A stretch of DNA of 36,020 nt from Octopus bimaculoides (Eukaryota): contig NC_068983.1 in assembly GCF_001194135.2 (NCBI RefSeq), positions 28,452,933 through 28,488,952 on the forward strand, in the 5' to 3' direction. The notes below the pieces were generated by a model. The model was not told the DNA's origin. It saw only the letters and a program-made list of their open reading frames with translations, and made no database searches. Each line of letters begins with the position of its first letter. Position 1 is the first letter of the stretch. Both the position numbers and the translations under genes were made by a program. Of this stretch, positions 1 to 11,186 are shown piece after piece.

Positions 1-165
1 GTGTTTATGTCCCCATAACTTAGTGGTTCGGCAAAAGAGACCGATAGAATAAGTACTAGGCTTACAAAGAAGAAGTCCTGGAGTCGATTTGCTCGACTAA
101 AGGTGGTGCTCCAGCATGGCCACAATCAAATGACTGAAACAAGTAAAAGAGTAAAGAGTAAAAGA
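1..165 (+). mobile_element. 3' part of the abundant composite tRNA-derived SINE (AAGAGTA-type tail)
   Basis: gtggttcggcaaaagagaccgatagaataagtactagg...ccagcatggccacaatcaaatgactgaaacaagtaaaagagtaaag matches the 3' half of the copies at 3441-3875, 18838-19329 and 26277-26622. Confidence 0.9.
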
Positions 166-2730
166 GAGTCCTTTAATTTCATACAAGTTTTGACATGCAA
201 AGGTTTGCGAGAAGCATTAATGGCGGTAATCCTCAAAAACATGCAAGTGACTACAACAGTGCTTTCTGTGTTGAAGTCATTTTTAAAATAGAAATATTAT
301 TTTAATTTAAATTAATGGTGTTGTAAATTAATATTATATTATGTACTTCTTATCCCAAGATATGTTGGTAAAAAAAAATTTTCATTTTGAATTTGTGCTT
401 TAAATTTTAAAATAAGTTCCATGGAAACATAGACTGGACCACTGTGAAATTATCATACAAGTCAACAAGCCAGTATGGAAGCTTCTACATGACAGCTTGT
501 TTTGCTGGAGATAAGAGCCAAGCTCCTTCACATTATCTTCTAGTATTGTAAATCAACAGGTAATGAGAAAGACTCTACAAAGTGCCCCAGCATGGCCACA
601 TTAAAACAAGTAAACGATAAAAGAATGAGGAAATTGTTCAGTCTGCCAAAAACGTAACAGCTAAATTGTCTTTATACAATATTCAACACTTTTTAAAAAC
701 AAGAACACATTGGATAATACATCCTAAATATATTATGCATGAGAAAAATGAGATAGAGCATTATCACTAGAATGCCTCTATTTGATCAAACTTGACAATG
801 AGCTATATAACAATATGATAGCAGCTGCAACAACTAGATAAGACAATACCTTTTGGATTCAAGAATGTAGAAAACTTATTTTCTAATCACAACATACATC
901 CTATAAAAAAAAATTTAACCTACAATCAGAGATAACTCACTTTACTTAAATAGAGTAGATTTGAGAATAAATTGAAATTACATTAAAAAAAACAAGTATT
1001 GAATATATTTATTATAAGCACAACACCTAAATTGTTTCTATTAAAATATTTCCTATTCTAAAGATAAAATTATATCTTGTTCCAAAAGTTCTAGGCTTTA
1101 ATCTTTAAGCTCCAAGCTTATTGCAATGTTCAATGAACTAAAAAATTGCTGTTCTATTTATGGGTGTTGCTCTTTGCAGTGCATTTCATCCTGAAATATC
1201 CTTAAACTTACTTTACCTTCTTATACATAAAACAAGATACTATCAATAATGACTTATTTGTTGTTATTATCATCTTGTTGCTGCTCCATTAACTCAGTCA
1301 ATAGAACACATGATGCTTAACTTCAAAATTAAGTATTAGGAAAAGTTTCTTTCCCTTTCAAAGATGTAGAAATGGCTTTTATGAAATGCTTGATAGAAAA
1401 AACGAATAAAAAGACATATAAACAGTGTTTTTTTTTTTTTTTTGTTCACTATAAACTGGTCAAACAGCATTGAGAGATTTAAAATGACAAAGCACTACAG
1501 GACTTTAAGAATTAAAATACTATAGCATATAGAGTAATATTGTTGTTTAGTGTTATGAAATATAACAGGAATTTAAAATTTTAAAAGTCAAATGTTCTCT
1601 TAAATAAGGTAAAATTTGTTTTCAATATTTAGAAACCAAATGGAAAAATAAATATAAAACTTTATTCATTTGTCAGCTTTCATCAGTGATTCAGTCGCAT
1701 CTTTTTAGTTTTAAGTGTAGATATCATAACCTAGTCTTAGTGAGAGAAACAATGTCTCTTGTAAGGAAATTATAAATCATAAATCATACATTATTTGTAT
1801 ATCAACGATATGGCTGTTGAAAAATACTTCAGTAAGTTTTCTGAATATATAATACAAATATACGAGGGGGTCACATCTGTTATTCCGTGGGTAGGAAAAC
1901 TTTGATTAACAGAGATTATCAAAACAATTACAAGACAAAATCTCTTCAACAAGGCATTTTCTACCCCGTAGGCAAAAGCAATAAGTTTTTACAGAAATAG
2001 AGGAGATGTAGTAACACTAATCATAGATACATCAGCTGCTTTCTTAAATTGGCTTTAAAGAGCACATCCACTCCAATCAACACAATACATTAGACAAACA
2101 ATTTTAATCAAAAGAAATTATTGAGGTTATCACCCTTGCTTATTGTTGTTAGATTTTAAACATCCTCAAGAGAGGGTCTTTGTCTATCAACTGCTTTGAT
2201 AAACTGAGTTAGTGAAAATTTTTCACCTCACTATATTACATATGTGAACCCCTAACCTAAACTCTCAAAATTTTCAAGCAGATTATCCTTTAGTTATTTC
2301 TTAAGTGATCTACTACACTTACTATATGATTAAGTTAATAAGCTATCAACTCCATAGTCATGAGTTCAATACTTACTATTATCACAATGTAGTGTACCTG
2401 GACAAGGTACATTATATTTTGTTTAACTGACAATAGATTCCACTCTCATTTTATAGTGATTCACTGACTGATGCTAAGAAAGATATCTAGCCATAAACAT
2501 TACATATTGTAACTGTATGCAAACATCCAAATATGTAAAATGTATCTCAAACATATCTATCAGAAAACTGCTAGTAAGTAACTCACCACCATACCCAAAA
2601 TACAAATGAAAACATAAATAAAACATCATTAATAAATCTTAACAAAAAGTATATGAAGTAAATCATATGAATAAAAATACAAATATATTTTTCTAGATAT
2701 TATTAATTGTATTGAATTTATCTCAAATAT

Positions 2731-2889
2731 ACACTCTCTGAGTGGTTGGCGTTAGGAAGGGCATCCAGCTGTAGAAACTCTGCCAAATTAGATTGGAGCC
2801 TGGTGTAGCCATCCGGTTGCACCAGTCCTCAGTCAAATCGTCCAACCCATGCTAGCATGGAAAGCGGACATTAAACGATGATGATGATG
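2731..2889 (+). mobile_element. Young head-less SINE/RTE-like retroposon 3' segment with (GAT)n tail
   Basis: acactctctgagtggttggcgttaggaagggcatccagc...ccatgctagcatggaaagcggacattaaac(gat)n; about 96% identical to the reverse complement of 3092-3265 and to 26007-26190. Perfect palindrome CCATGCTAGCATGG lies before the tail. The RTE affinity is inferred from tail type. Confidence 0.85.
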
Positions 2890-3091
2890 TATTTATGTTA
2901 ACAGGGGAATTTGATTTCATTTAATTAAATGTTAGAAAATACGTGTTTACTTACTCAAATTACAAAACCATGGTTGTTATTTAACACCAGGTCAACTTTG
3001 GTTGAACAGACTTATGATCAAAGGCATTCTAATCATAATCATGGCCAGCACAAAAGTACACAACACCCTGGACTAGTCGTACAAATTGTGC

Positions 3092-3265
3092 CATCATCAT
3101 CATCATCATCATCATCATCGTTTAACGTCCGCTTTCCATGCTAGCATGGGTTGGACGATTTGACTGAGGACTGGTGAAACCGGATGGCAACACCAGGCTC
3201 CAGTCTGATTTGGCAGAGTTTCTACAGCTGGATGCCCTTTCTAACGCCAACCACTCAGAGAGTGT
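3092..3265 (-). mobile_element. Young head-less SINE/RTE-like retroposon 3' segment with (GAT)n tail
   Basis: (cat)n-cgtttaacgtccgctttccatgctagcatgggttgg...ccactcagagagtgt; 6 mismatches to the 2731 copy over ~150 bp. Confidence 0.85.
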
Positions 3266-3440
3266 TAATACTTCTTGTTAATACTGCTTGGTGAATAGTA
3301 CCAGTAGCAGTGGCTCATAATATATAGAGTACACCAGTTCAGATAGTGATGATTCAATTTTCTGATACTGGTAAGCTCAAATAACAACAGTAACTCTTCA
3401 TTGACAGATATGGATACTAAGGTTAGGATTAAAAAAATAT

Positions 3441-3650
3441 ACTCTTTTACTCTTTTACTTGTTTCAGTCATTTGACTGCGGCCATGCTGGAGCACCACCT
3501 TTAGTTGAGCAAATTGACCACAGGACTTATTCTTTGTAAGCCTAGTACTTATTCTATCGGACTCTTTTGCCGAACCGCTAAATTACAGGGACGTAAACAC
3601 ACCACCATCGGTTGTCAAGCAATGTTGGGAGGACAAATACAGACACACAA

Positions 3651-3687
<37 letters not shown>

Positions 3688-3875
3688 TATATATATATAT
3701 ATATATATACATACATACGGCAGGCTTCTTTCAGTTTCCGTCTACCAAATCCACTCACAAGGCTTTGGTCGGCCTGAGGCTATAGTAGAAACACTTGCCC
3801 AAGGTGCCACGCAGTGGGACTGAACCCAGAACCATGTGGTTGGTAAGCAAGCTACTTACCACACAGCCACTCCTG
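3441..3875 (-). mobile_element. Full-length composite tRNA-derived SINE
   Basis: On minus: caggagtggctgtgtggtaag (A-box-like), gggttcagtccc (B-box-like), CORE-like caccttgggcaagtgt, internal (TA)/(TG) microsatellite, conserved 3' body, (aagagta)n tail. Many homologous copies in the window. Confidence 0.92.
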
Positions 3876-6575
3876 TTACATTTTTTCTTCTTTTCCTTTT
3901 TTCATGTTCTTTGAAAATCCATACTTTTAGTTAGATTAAAAAATTTAGTTTAAGCTGATTAGCATCAGTATTGTATCAAACCCACAGATTTTAGAACCAT
4001 AGGTAATCATTTGGTTTGCCTAGTGCATAGCACCATCTCTGGTTAAAAGATGGTCTCTTGGAGGACATCTAAAGTAAAATTATCTAATGTATCCTCCTCT
4101 ACCATTTTTATAGTTGGTGAAATGTAATTGAAGCGTGGTTTGGCTGCTATTTGCAGCAAATCTAGGAACTATATAAAAATTCCTTGACTGACTAGATTAC
4201 AAAATTGGGGATTTTTTTTTTCTTTCAAGTAATATTATTTTCTCATCCCATTTTCTCCTATGAAAAAACAGAATCTTTTCAGCTGGATAAACTGGCAGTT
4301 AGATTACTTATTTTTGGTTCATCAGGTTGATGAACAATCCCTGGTGACTTCCTTGTCAAAGAATTTTCATAGAACAATTATGGCTTCCATTTAATTTCTT
4401 TTGGGTATTTTAAAAATACCATCAGGCACCATCTTGAGAGCTAGACACAGATAACTTTTCCAAAGCCAGAACAAATACCACAAGGCATTCTGTCCAATGT
4501 CCTAACAATTCTACCAATATTTTACTTTAGACAAGTATTTTATCAAATCCCTGAAAGATGAGAGGTGATCTTTCTAGAATATGGAAAATCAAAACAAATA
4601 ATTCAAGATGTCTTTTATCTAATGCTCTAATAATTCTGTTCATTTGCCAACTTTGTGGTGACCTTTATTGGCACCAGTATGGACAACAGACATTAAATGA
4701 TGATGATGATGATGTTCATAAATTTGAAGCTGTTCACATTATGTAGAGACATTTCAAGCAAAGCACTTTGCTGGAAAAAGAAAATACCAGATAAGCCAAG
4801 GTAAGCAGAATAAAGATTCAAAATTTCATATGCCAAGCATTTGGAATAATTGAAAATATTTTGTATAAGGCCAACTTGTTTATAAAGTAGCATGTGGACG
4901 TTTTGATTTTGTTTTAAGTTATTAAGGAAAGAAACAAAGAACAGAGAAGTTATTAATTTGATCAAGTTGAATCAAAAAGATCATTTATTTTCATCGAATA
5001 ACTATACTGATTTTCTTAAGTAAACATGAGGCCACAGATTTAGGTAGCAGGAACAGTCACTTATGTTGATCTCAGTACTTGATTAGTGTGTAATTTAATG
5101 AACACAAGAGGATGAAGCACAGCAGGCTGGGCAGGATTTGAATTTGAAATGTAAAGAGATGTAATTATAAACTACAAGGTAGTTTGTCCAATTTTCTAAT
5201 GTTTATTTCAATCCATATCCCTTGAATAACTATATTGATTTGTATAGAAAGAAAACTTTATTGGAAAATATGATTTTAATGTAATGTTTTTAACAAATTT
5301 CTTCCAAGTGATACTTGAAACAGTTGAAAATATAATGAAAAATTGATTAAAGAGTAATTATACTTTTCCCTAATTAAAATCGTTGATGCCATACATTTTA
5401 GTTTACCAAAGGACTTAGACAATTCCTTGGGAATATAGTACAACATATTTTGATATAATTAGCAACTGAACATCAATATTGAACTCTAGATCACAAATTA
5501 TTGAAAATGCGATAATAGTAGAGTTACCAGAAAGGATGGTGAACCAGACAATGTATATAATTTAGCTTAGATTCAGCCAATACATTTTATTATTCTCTTC
5601 CCCAAACAAAATAGATCATGTTCCTTTGGAATAAATCGATGGTTTGCAAAACAAAATGCAACAAATGTTGTAGTATATACACACGCGCGCATGCGCGCGC
5701 ATGCATGCACACACATACAAACACACATATATGACATAAATCCACATCAGTTCACATGTGCTCTTGATAGTAAGGATATAAAATTGTTTTCAATACATCA
5801 ATGGATTGCAAATTTATGTCAACTTAAATTTCTTTGCAGATTTCATTTTCTGATTATCTTGGTATATTTCAACATAGCCATTTAATTTAAGTTCAAAATG
5901 TCTGAATTTAAACAATAAAATTAGCTTATGATACAAGTCAAACTGGTGTTAGCTCTTAGAAATGAACTCTGAAATATTATATTGATGCACTTCTGATTCA
6001 TGCAACTTTAGTAGTCTTAAGTTATTATGGTGTATTTGTATTCTGCTATAGTTTATCAAAACCATATCACAACATATACTGATAATACTTTGCCTTGGTC
6101 TCTACCACATTAACTACACTATACTGTACCCAGTTTATACCACATTATATTCACTATATATTCTGAAATACACTGCATAACCGACTACTACTAAGTAAAA
6201 TCTGCTTTCTCTGGATTCAATTCCTGCAATAATACCTAGAATCTTATGGGAATCAAAAGTAGCATTAATAGTATTTCTAAAAGCTTGCTTGGTCAAGATA
6301 AAATAACACTATCCAATAATAGTCTTTCTTAATTGATTTTGTGGATATTTGCAAGACTTAATCTCATTTAGATCTTCTCTTCCATGAAATAACAAGCCTG
6401 TACTCTAATAAACGATCATACACATCATCATAGTTTTTCTCATTGAATACAGTAATGTTTAGTACTGAAGAAAAAGAAATGATATTTCAATAGAGGTTAT
6501 CAAATGATGTTTAAGTTTTCTAGTTTCAAGCCTCAGTTAATGCATCGTGAATGAAGTCACTGTAAAGTCACGCTA

Positions 6576-6593
6576 CTGAGTCAATGACTCAGC
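6576..6593. promoter_or_regulatory. Palindromic double AP-1 site overlapping an ARE/CNC-Maf-type motif
   Basis: CTGAGTCA-A-TGACTCAG-C: TGAGTCA at 6577-6583 and TGACTCA at 6585-6591; ATGACTCAGC fits RTGAYNNNGC. Lies in apparently non-repetitive DNA. Motif match only. Confidence 0.3.
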
Positions 6594-7343
6594 TCTTCAC
6601 TGAAGCATCTTAAGTTTAGCTGCTTATAATGAAATTTCAGATATTCAGAATATGTTTCCATTGCTTGGATAGAATTTAATAGATATTCCTCCAAATAACG
6701 TTGACTTTGTAATGATTTATATTTTCTCAAGCATAGATATTGGTGTTACTTTTAAAATAACTTCCCATCTTCATATTATAAGCATGTGTACATGTGTATG
6801 AGTGCATATGTGTGTGTGTGTGTGTGCGTGTGTGTGTTTGTGTGTTTGTGTGTGTGTGTGTGTGCTTGTGTGCATGCATGTGCATTGTCACAGCAATGAA
6901 TAATCTAACAGAAGGGAGACGATAGTGCAGTGGATAACTAAACAGCCTTGAGTGGTACATTGTTTAACAAGTGTTTCATTTCATAGTACATGTTTTATTC
7001 TAAGCTTAGTCAATCAATTAGAGATTTTTACCGACTATAAAAATAGATTACACCATTGAGAAACCAGAACTAAAATAAACAAATGTACTTTCTTCATTTT
7101 TTTATTTTACTCAATAAAATATTAAGACAGAAAGTTGGTGCTAAACTAAATAGGGATATTGTTAGTCTATGAATTAATAAGACTATTAACTTCATCAATT
7201 GTTTGTAATGGCTTTCAAACATTAAATGGATCCTGGTCAGAATTACAAGCTATGAGTGTTCAGGTGTTTGACCAATTATACTACTAGATCCAATAGATTA
7301 GCTTATAGGTGGTTGAGTATACCACAGACATGTGTACTTTTTA

Positions 7344-7558
7344 CCCTTTAGCATTTGGACTACTCTATTAAATGTAATATTTTTCATATTGTTTTGAATT
7401 AATCATGCATTATATCAAAGCTGCAAGATTCCAATGATGTGACTGTATATCTTTAAAAGGACATTGTAGAGTAGGTGTGAGAGGCTGAATCTGGTATGTT
7501 TGACCAGTAAAATGGTCAAATATTTGGGCCAGATGTGGCCAACTTAAATGCTAAGGGG
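7344..7558. mobile_element. piggyBac-like MITE
   Basis: Ends ccctttagcattt ... aaatgctaagggg, flanked by ttta (degenerate TTAA) and TTAA; a second partial copy lies at 19330-19526. Confidence 0.75.
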
Positions 7559-8405
7559 TTAATGCAGTTCTTGAGGGGTACCACTGTGACACAGAATGAG
7601 AAGGTTGTTCTTATGAATTACTGGTACACTCCATATGACTGACAGGCTTCTGTACAGTTTCTCACAGTCTTCTTTACTCAATAAAGTAACAGTTGCTCAA
7701 GATACTGCACTGCAGAATTGAAATTGGAATCTCATGATTATTCAGTGAACTTCTAAACCATTTACCTACACGGTACCTACTATATTTCAGGCATTATTAC
7801 TAATACTAGCTGGTCTCATGCTGTCAAAAGTGACAGCTAATTGTAGTATTTTATATATAAACATGGATGGTAAATCAAATTAACACACTTGTCAATATTA
7901 TCTAATGGTTGTCTTTTAAGATGTGACATCGATCATCGTTTGTTACACACACACACACACACACACAAACATTCACATACCTCCCTTTTACATACACACA
8001 CATATGTGCTCTCACTACCAGTTTGCCATCACTCCTTCCTTCCTTATTCATCTGTCACCCCTTCCTTTCTCATTCATGTGTTATGACAAAATAAAAACAC
8101 GAGTATCATTTTAGTAGATTATTAGTGGTCTAGCTGAATATTCTGTACCTTATGGTATTTAGTTGCTTGCCTTTATGAACTGATTTCAAATCTCACTGAG
8201 GCCAACTTTGCCTCTCATTATTATGAAGTTGATAAAGACAGCGAGTTATGTGCCAATGGTGATTTGAGTGCTGTTTCTAGTAAATTGATTAACCGTTTTG
8301 CATTAATAGATACTTTTCAATGTATGTTAACTTCTAGCTCTTAGATCAGTATTTCAAATATTTAGGGAGTAACAAAACGAAAACTGTTTAATTTAGCTAG
8401 TATGA

Positions 8406-8825
8406 GAGAGATAGGACGGAAGTAGCTAACTACTTCAACATGGGAGCAGCAACACTACAGTATTGATGCATCCATAATGAGGCCTGATATATGAAGGAAA
8501 TGCATATTTAATTAACAAGATATATTTTGCACTCCATGACGAAAGTTTGATGAACAAAAAGTTTAATGTAACAGGAATCTGATCTTTAATTCAAGTAAAT
8601 TTGATAATTATTTTTATGTAAACTGTCTTTACATTTAAGAATCATTTGTTGCACAGCGTCAACACTTCTATAACAAATCATTGCAGTTGTATGGATAACT
8701 GCCAAACCAAGATTAATAAGAAGTGTTTTCTGTTGAATCTTTACAAGTTAATGTGTGTACATGAGTATCTTTGCACAAACTCATACAAGTGAGAACACGT
8801 GAAATGAAATAGAAAAGAAGGTACT
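8406..8825. repeat. Dispersed ~400-bp unclassified repeat, copy A
   Basis: Colinear and highly similar to 10248-10645 (e.g. identical gatctttaattcaagtaaatttgataattatttttatgtaaactg and catttgttgcacagc...ctgccaaaccaagattaataagaagtg). Confidence 0.9.
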
Positions 8826-8909
8826 ATATAATGCAATACTCTTATCAGTTTCAAATTTTTAAATATGTAGCTCAGTTTCTTAGCTGCTATATATCCCTAG
8901 GGTTACATA

Positions 8910-9110
8910 TTGGTTTCAAAGTTTGGTACAGGGCCTGCAATTTTGGTGAAGGGGATAAGTCGATTACATTGGTTCCAGTCCTCAACTGGTACTTATTTTA
9001 TCAATCTGTAAAAGGTTGAAAGGTGAAGTCGACTTTAGCAGAATTTGAACTCAGAATGTAGCTACAGACAAAATACCTCTAAGCAGTTTGCCTAATTTGA
9101 TAATGATTCT
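8910..9110 (-). mobile_element. tRNA-derived SINE, second family (possibly Meta-domain type), degenerate
   Basis: On minus, B-box-like ctgagttcaaattc followed by aagtcgacttcacctttcaacc...ataaaataagtaccagt; homologous to 9909-10905 and 24655-24853. Confidence 0.75.
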
Positions 9111-9303
9111 CCCAATTGGTTACATATTAATTGTAATGTGCTAAGGTATGAATATGTGGTTAAGATGCTTGCTTTAGAATGTTTGATTTCACTAGATAAG
9201 AACTGACTGCATGCCATTTAGTGCAAGTGTTTTGTACCACAACCTGTTTTAGCAATTTATTGTGAATACAATTTGATAAGCACAAACAGTATAGAAGATG
9301 ACT

Positions 9304-9352
<49 letters not shown>

Positions 9353-10005
9353 CATAGATATGTCCTTTACTTATGTATGTAAGTGAAAGTAGTGGAACAT
9401 TTGAAAGAGAACAAATAAAACAGTGCTTTTGAACAGAAATGCATAGTAGTATCTATTGCCTTTGATATCAGCAAAGATCTTTGCTGCACCTGATATATAA
9501 CACTCCTGTCAAAACTACATCAACCAATGGATCAATGATAGAGACTTCCTGTCAGATTGCAATAACACAAAATGTGTTGGTAGAGCTCTCTCACTCTGAT
9601 CCACTCTTTGTCAGTTCTAGTGTAACCAAGGGATCAGCTTTATCATATACACTTCCTCTTATACATCAATGATCTACTTGTCATCACTTCCAACTAAGAT
9701 CACTCCCACACAGATGACAGCTGACATCACTCTTCATTTTTCCATAATTCCTTAATTTTCCACACCTGTGTATCATCCACAGGTAAACTAAACACCTCAT
9801 GTCGAATCTACACTGATTTCATGAACAGAGACCTTGAAAACACCTTTCAATAAAGTTATGTCTATATTGTCTTTCTGCAGCAAAAAATACAATCACTGCA
9901 CATGTCAACAAAATAACAATTTCAAATTTTGGCACGAGGCCAGCAATTTCAAGGGAAGAGATAAGTCAATTACATCAACCCCAGTCTTCAACCTCAGTGT
10001 CCAAC

Positions 10006-10170
10006 TGTTGTGTCGATGCCCCCAGGCGAAGAAGTAGGGTCTCCCAAGAAATATAAATAGAGGTAGTCTGGCCGTGGTAGAAGTGTTGAGTGGCAGTCGA
10101 GTAGCAGTTGTGTAGCGGTTGAGTAGAGATCATCTGAAGGTGATAGATATCAGTAGCTTGAGACATAACA
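10006..10170. mobile_element. 165-bp solo LTR
   Basis: Begins TGTTGTGTC and ends GACATAACA (imperfect terminal inverted repeat, TG...CA), with 5-bp TSD CCAAC (10001-10005, 10171-10175) and internal TATAAATAG. Confidence 0.75.
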
Positions 10171-10245
10171 CCAACTTATATCTTTCTCCTTCTATCTCAG
10201 TCCATTCAGACTGTAATTTACAAAGTTAATGATTTACCTTATATA

Positions 10246-10761
10246 AGGGAGATAGAGTGAAAGTAGCTAACTTACTTCACCATGGAAGCAGCAACACTAT
10301 AGTCTTGATGCATCCACGATGAGGCCTGATATATGAAGGAAATGCATATTTAATTAACAAGATATATCTGGCAGCTTCATAACAAAAGTTTAATGCAACA
10401 GAAATCTGATCTTTAATTCAAGTAAATTTGATAATTATTTTTATGTAAACTGATTTTTACCTTTAAGAATCATTTGTTGCACAGCATCAGTACTTCTATA
10501 ACAAATCATTGCAGTTGTATGGATAACTGCCAAACCAAGATTAATAAGAAGTGTCTTCTGTTGAATCTTTCCAAGTTAATGTGTGCACATGAGTATCTTT
10601 GCACAAACTCATACAAGTGAGAACATGTGAAATGAAATAGAAATGGAGGTAACTGCTTCACTATGGAAGCAGCAATACTACATACAGTATTGATGCACTC
10701 ATGATGAGGCTTGATATATGAGGTAAATGCATATTTAATTAACAAGGCATGTCTTGCATCC
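10246..10761. repeat. Unclassified repeat copy B plus partial head-to-tail third unit (~100-bp terminal direct repeats)
   Basis: 10262-10360 is repeated at ~10647-10746; the whole is flanked by CCTTATATA (10237-10245, 10762-10770). Confidence 0.8.
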
Positions 10762-11186
10762 CCTTATATAGATAATCTTATCGACCCTAAAAGGATGATC
10801 AGCAAAGTCAACCTCAGCAGCATTTGGACTCAGAACATAGAGACAGATGAAATGCCATTAGGCATTTTTTCTGACATGCTAACAATTCTGTTAGCTTGCT
10901 GACTTACATGTCAAGAAAATACTGTTGCATTTTATATCCTGCTTCCCACCTTAAACACAAATAGCTTAAAGCTAGGACCTCACGATCATTTTCAATTATA
11001 GGCCTCACCATCACTGATTATCACTCCTGGTACCATTGCTAAACTTCTACTAAGTTCAAATAAAACCTACAATGGAGTACAACTTTCAAATCTGGGGTAG
11101 TGCAGTTGCTATCGCTAGCCACTACACATTCTTTTTTTTCTCTCCTTGTTTCTTTCTGTGTTCCTTTCTGTGGAAGAGCGTAGGCT

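Larger units (their letters stand above)
9909..10905 (-). mobile_element. tRNA-derived SINE (family of 8910-9110) split by secondary insertions
   Basis: Head half at ~10770-10905, tail half at 9909-10005; flanked by 9-bp direct repeat ACATGTCAA (9900-9908, 10906-10914). Confidence 0.8.
9410..11117 (+). pseudogene. Decayed LINE reverse transcriptase (CR1/L2/Jockey group), interrupted by nested insertions at 9909-10905
   Basis: Manual translation with frameshifts gives VVSIAFDISKD (LDISKAF motif), RDFLSD, SSVTKGSALS.TLFLLYINDLL...HTDDS (GVPQGSVLSPTLFLLYINDL...YADD), QSLHM|SRKY across the insertion, and QIKPTMEYNFQIWGSA (RPTMEYCSHIWGGA-like). Stops and frameshifts throughout. Confidence 0.8.

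Noticed and set aside
103-291. Recurrent ORF starts MVLQHG...TETSKRVK (also 3265-3498, 18694-18891)
   Set aside because: Same non-coding SINE 3' end translated in several copies; the similarity reflects the repeat, not a gene family.
2731-2830. HDV-like ribozyme at the 5' end of the head-less (GAT)n-tailed element
   Set aside because: Could not assign P1/P1.1/P2/P3 or the catalytic C by eye; left only as a test in the findings.
5673-5718. Alternating purine-pyrimidine tract with CG/TG palindromes (Z-DNA potential)
   Set aside because: Such tracts are ubiquitous among the microsatellites of this window; nothing singles it out.
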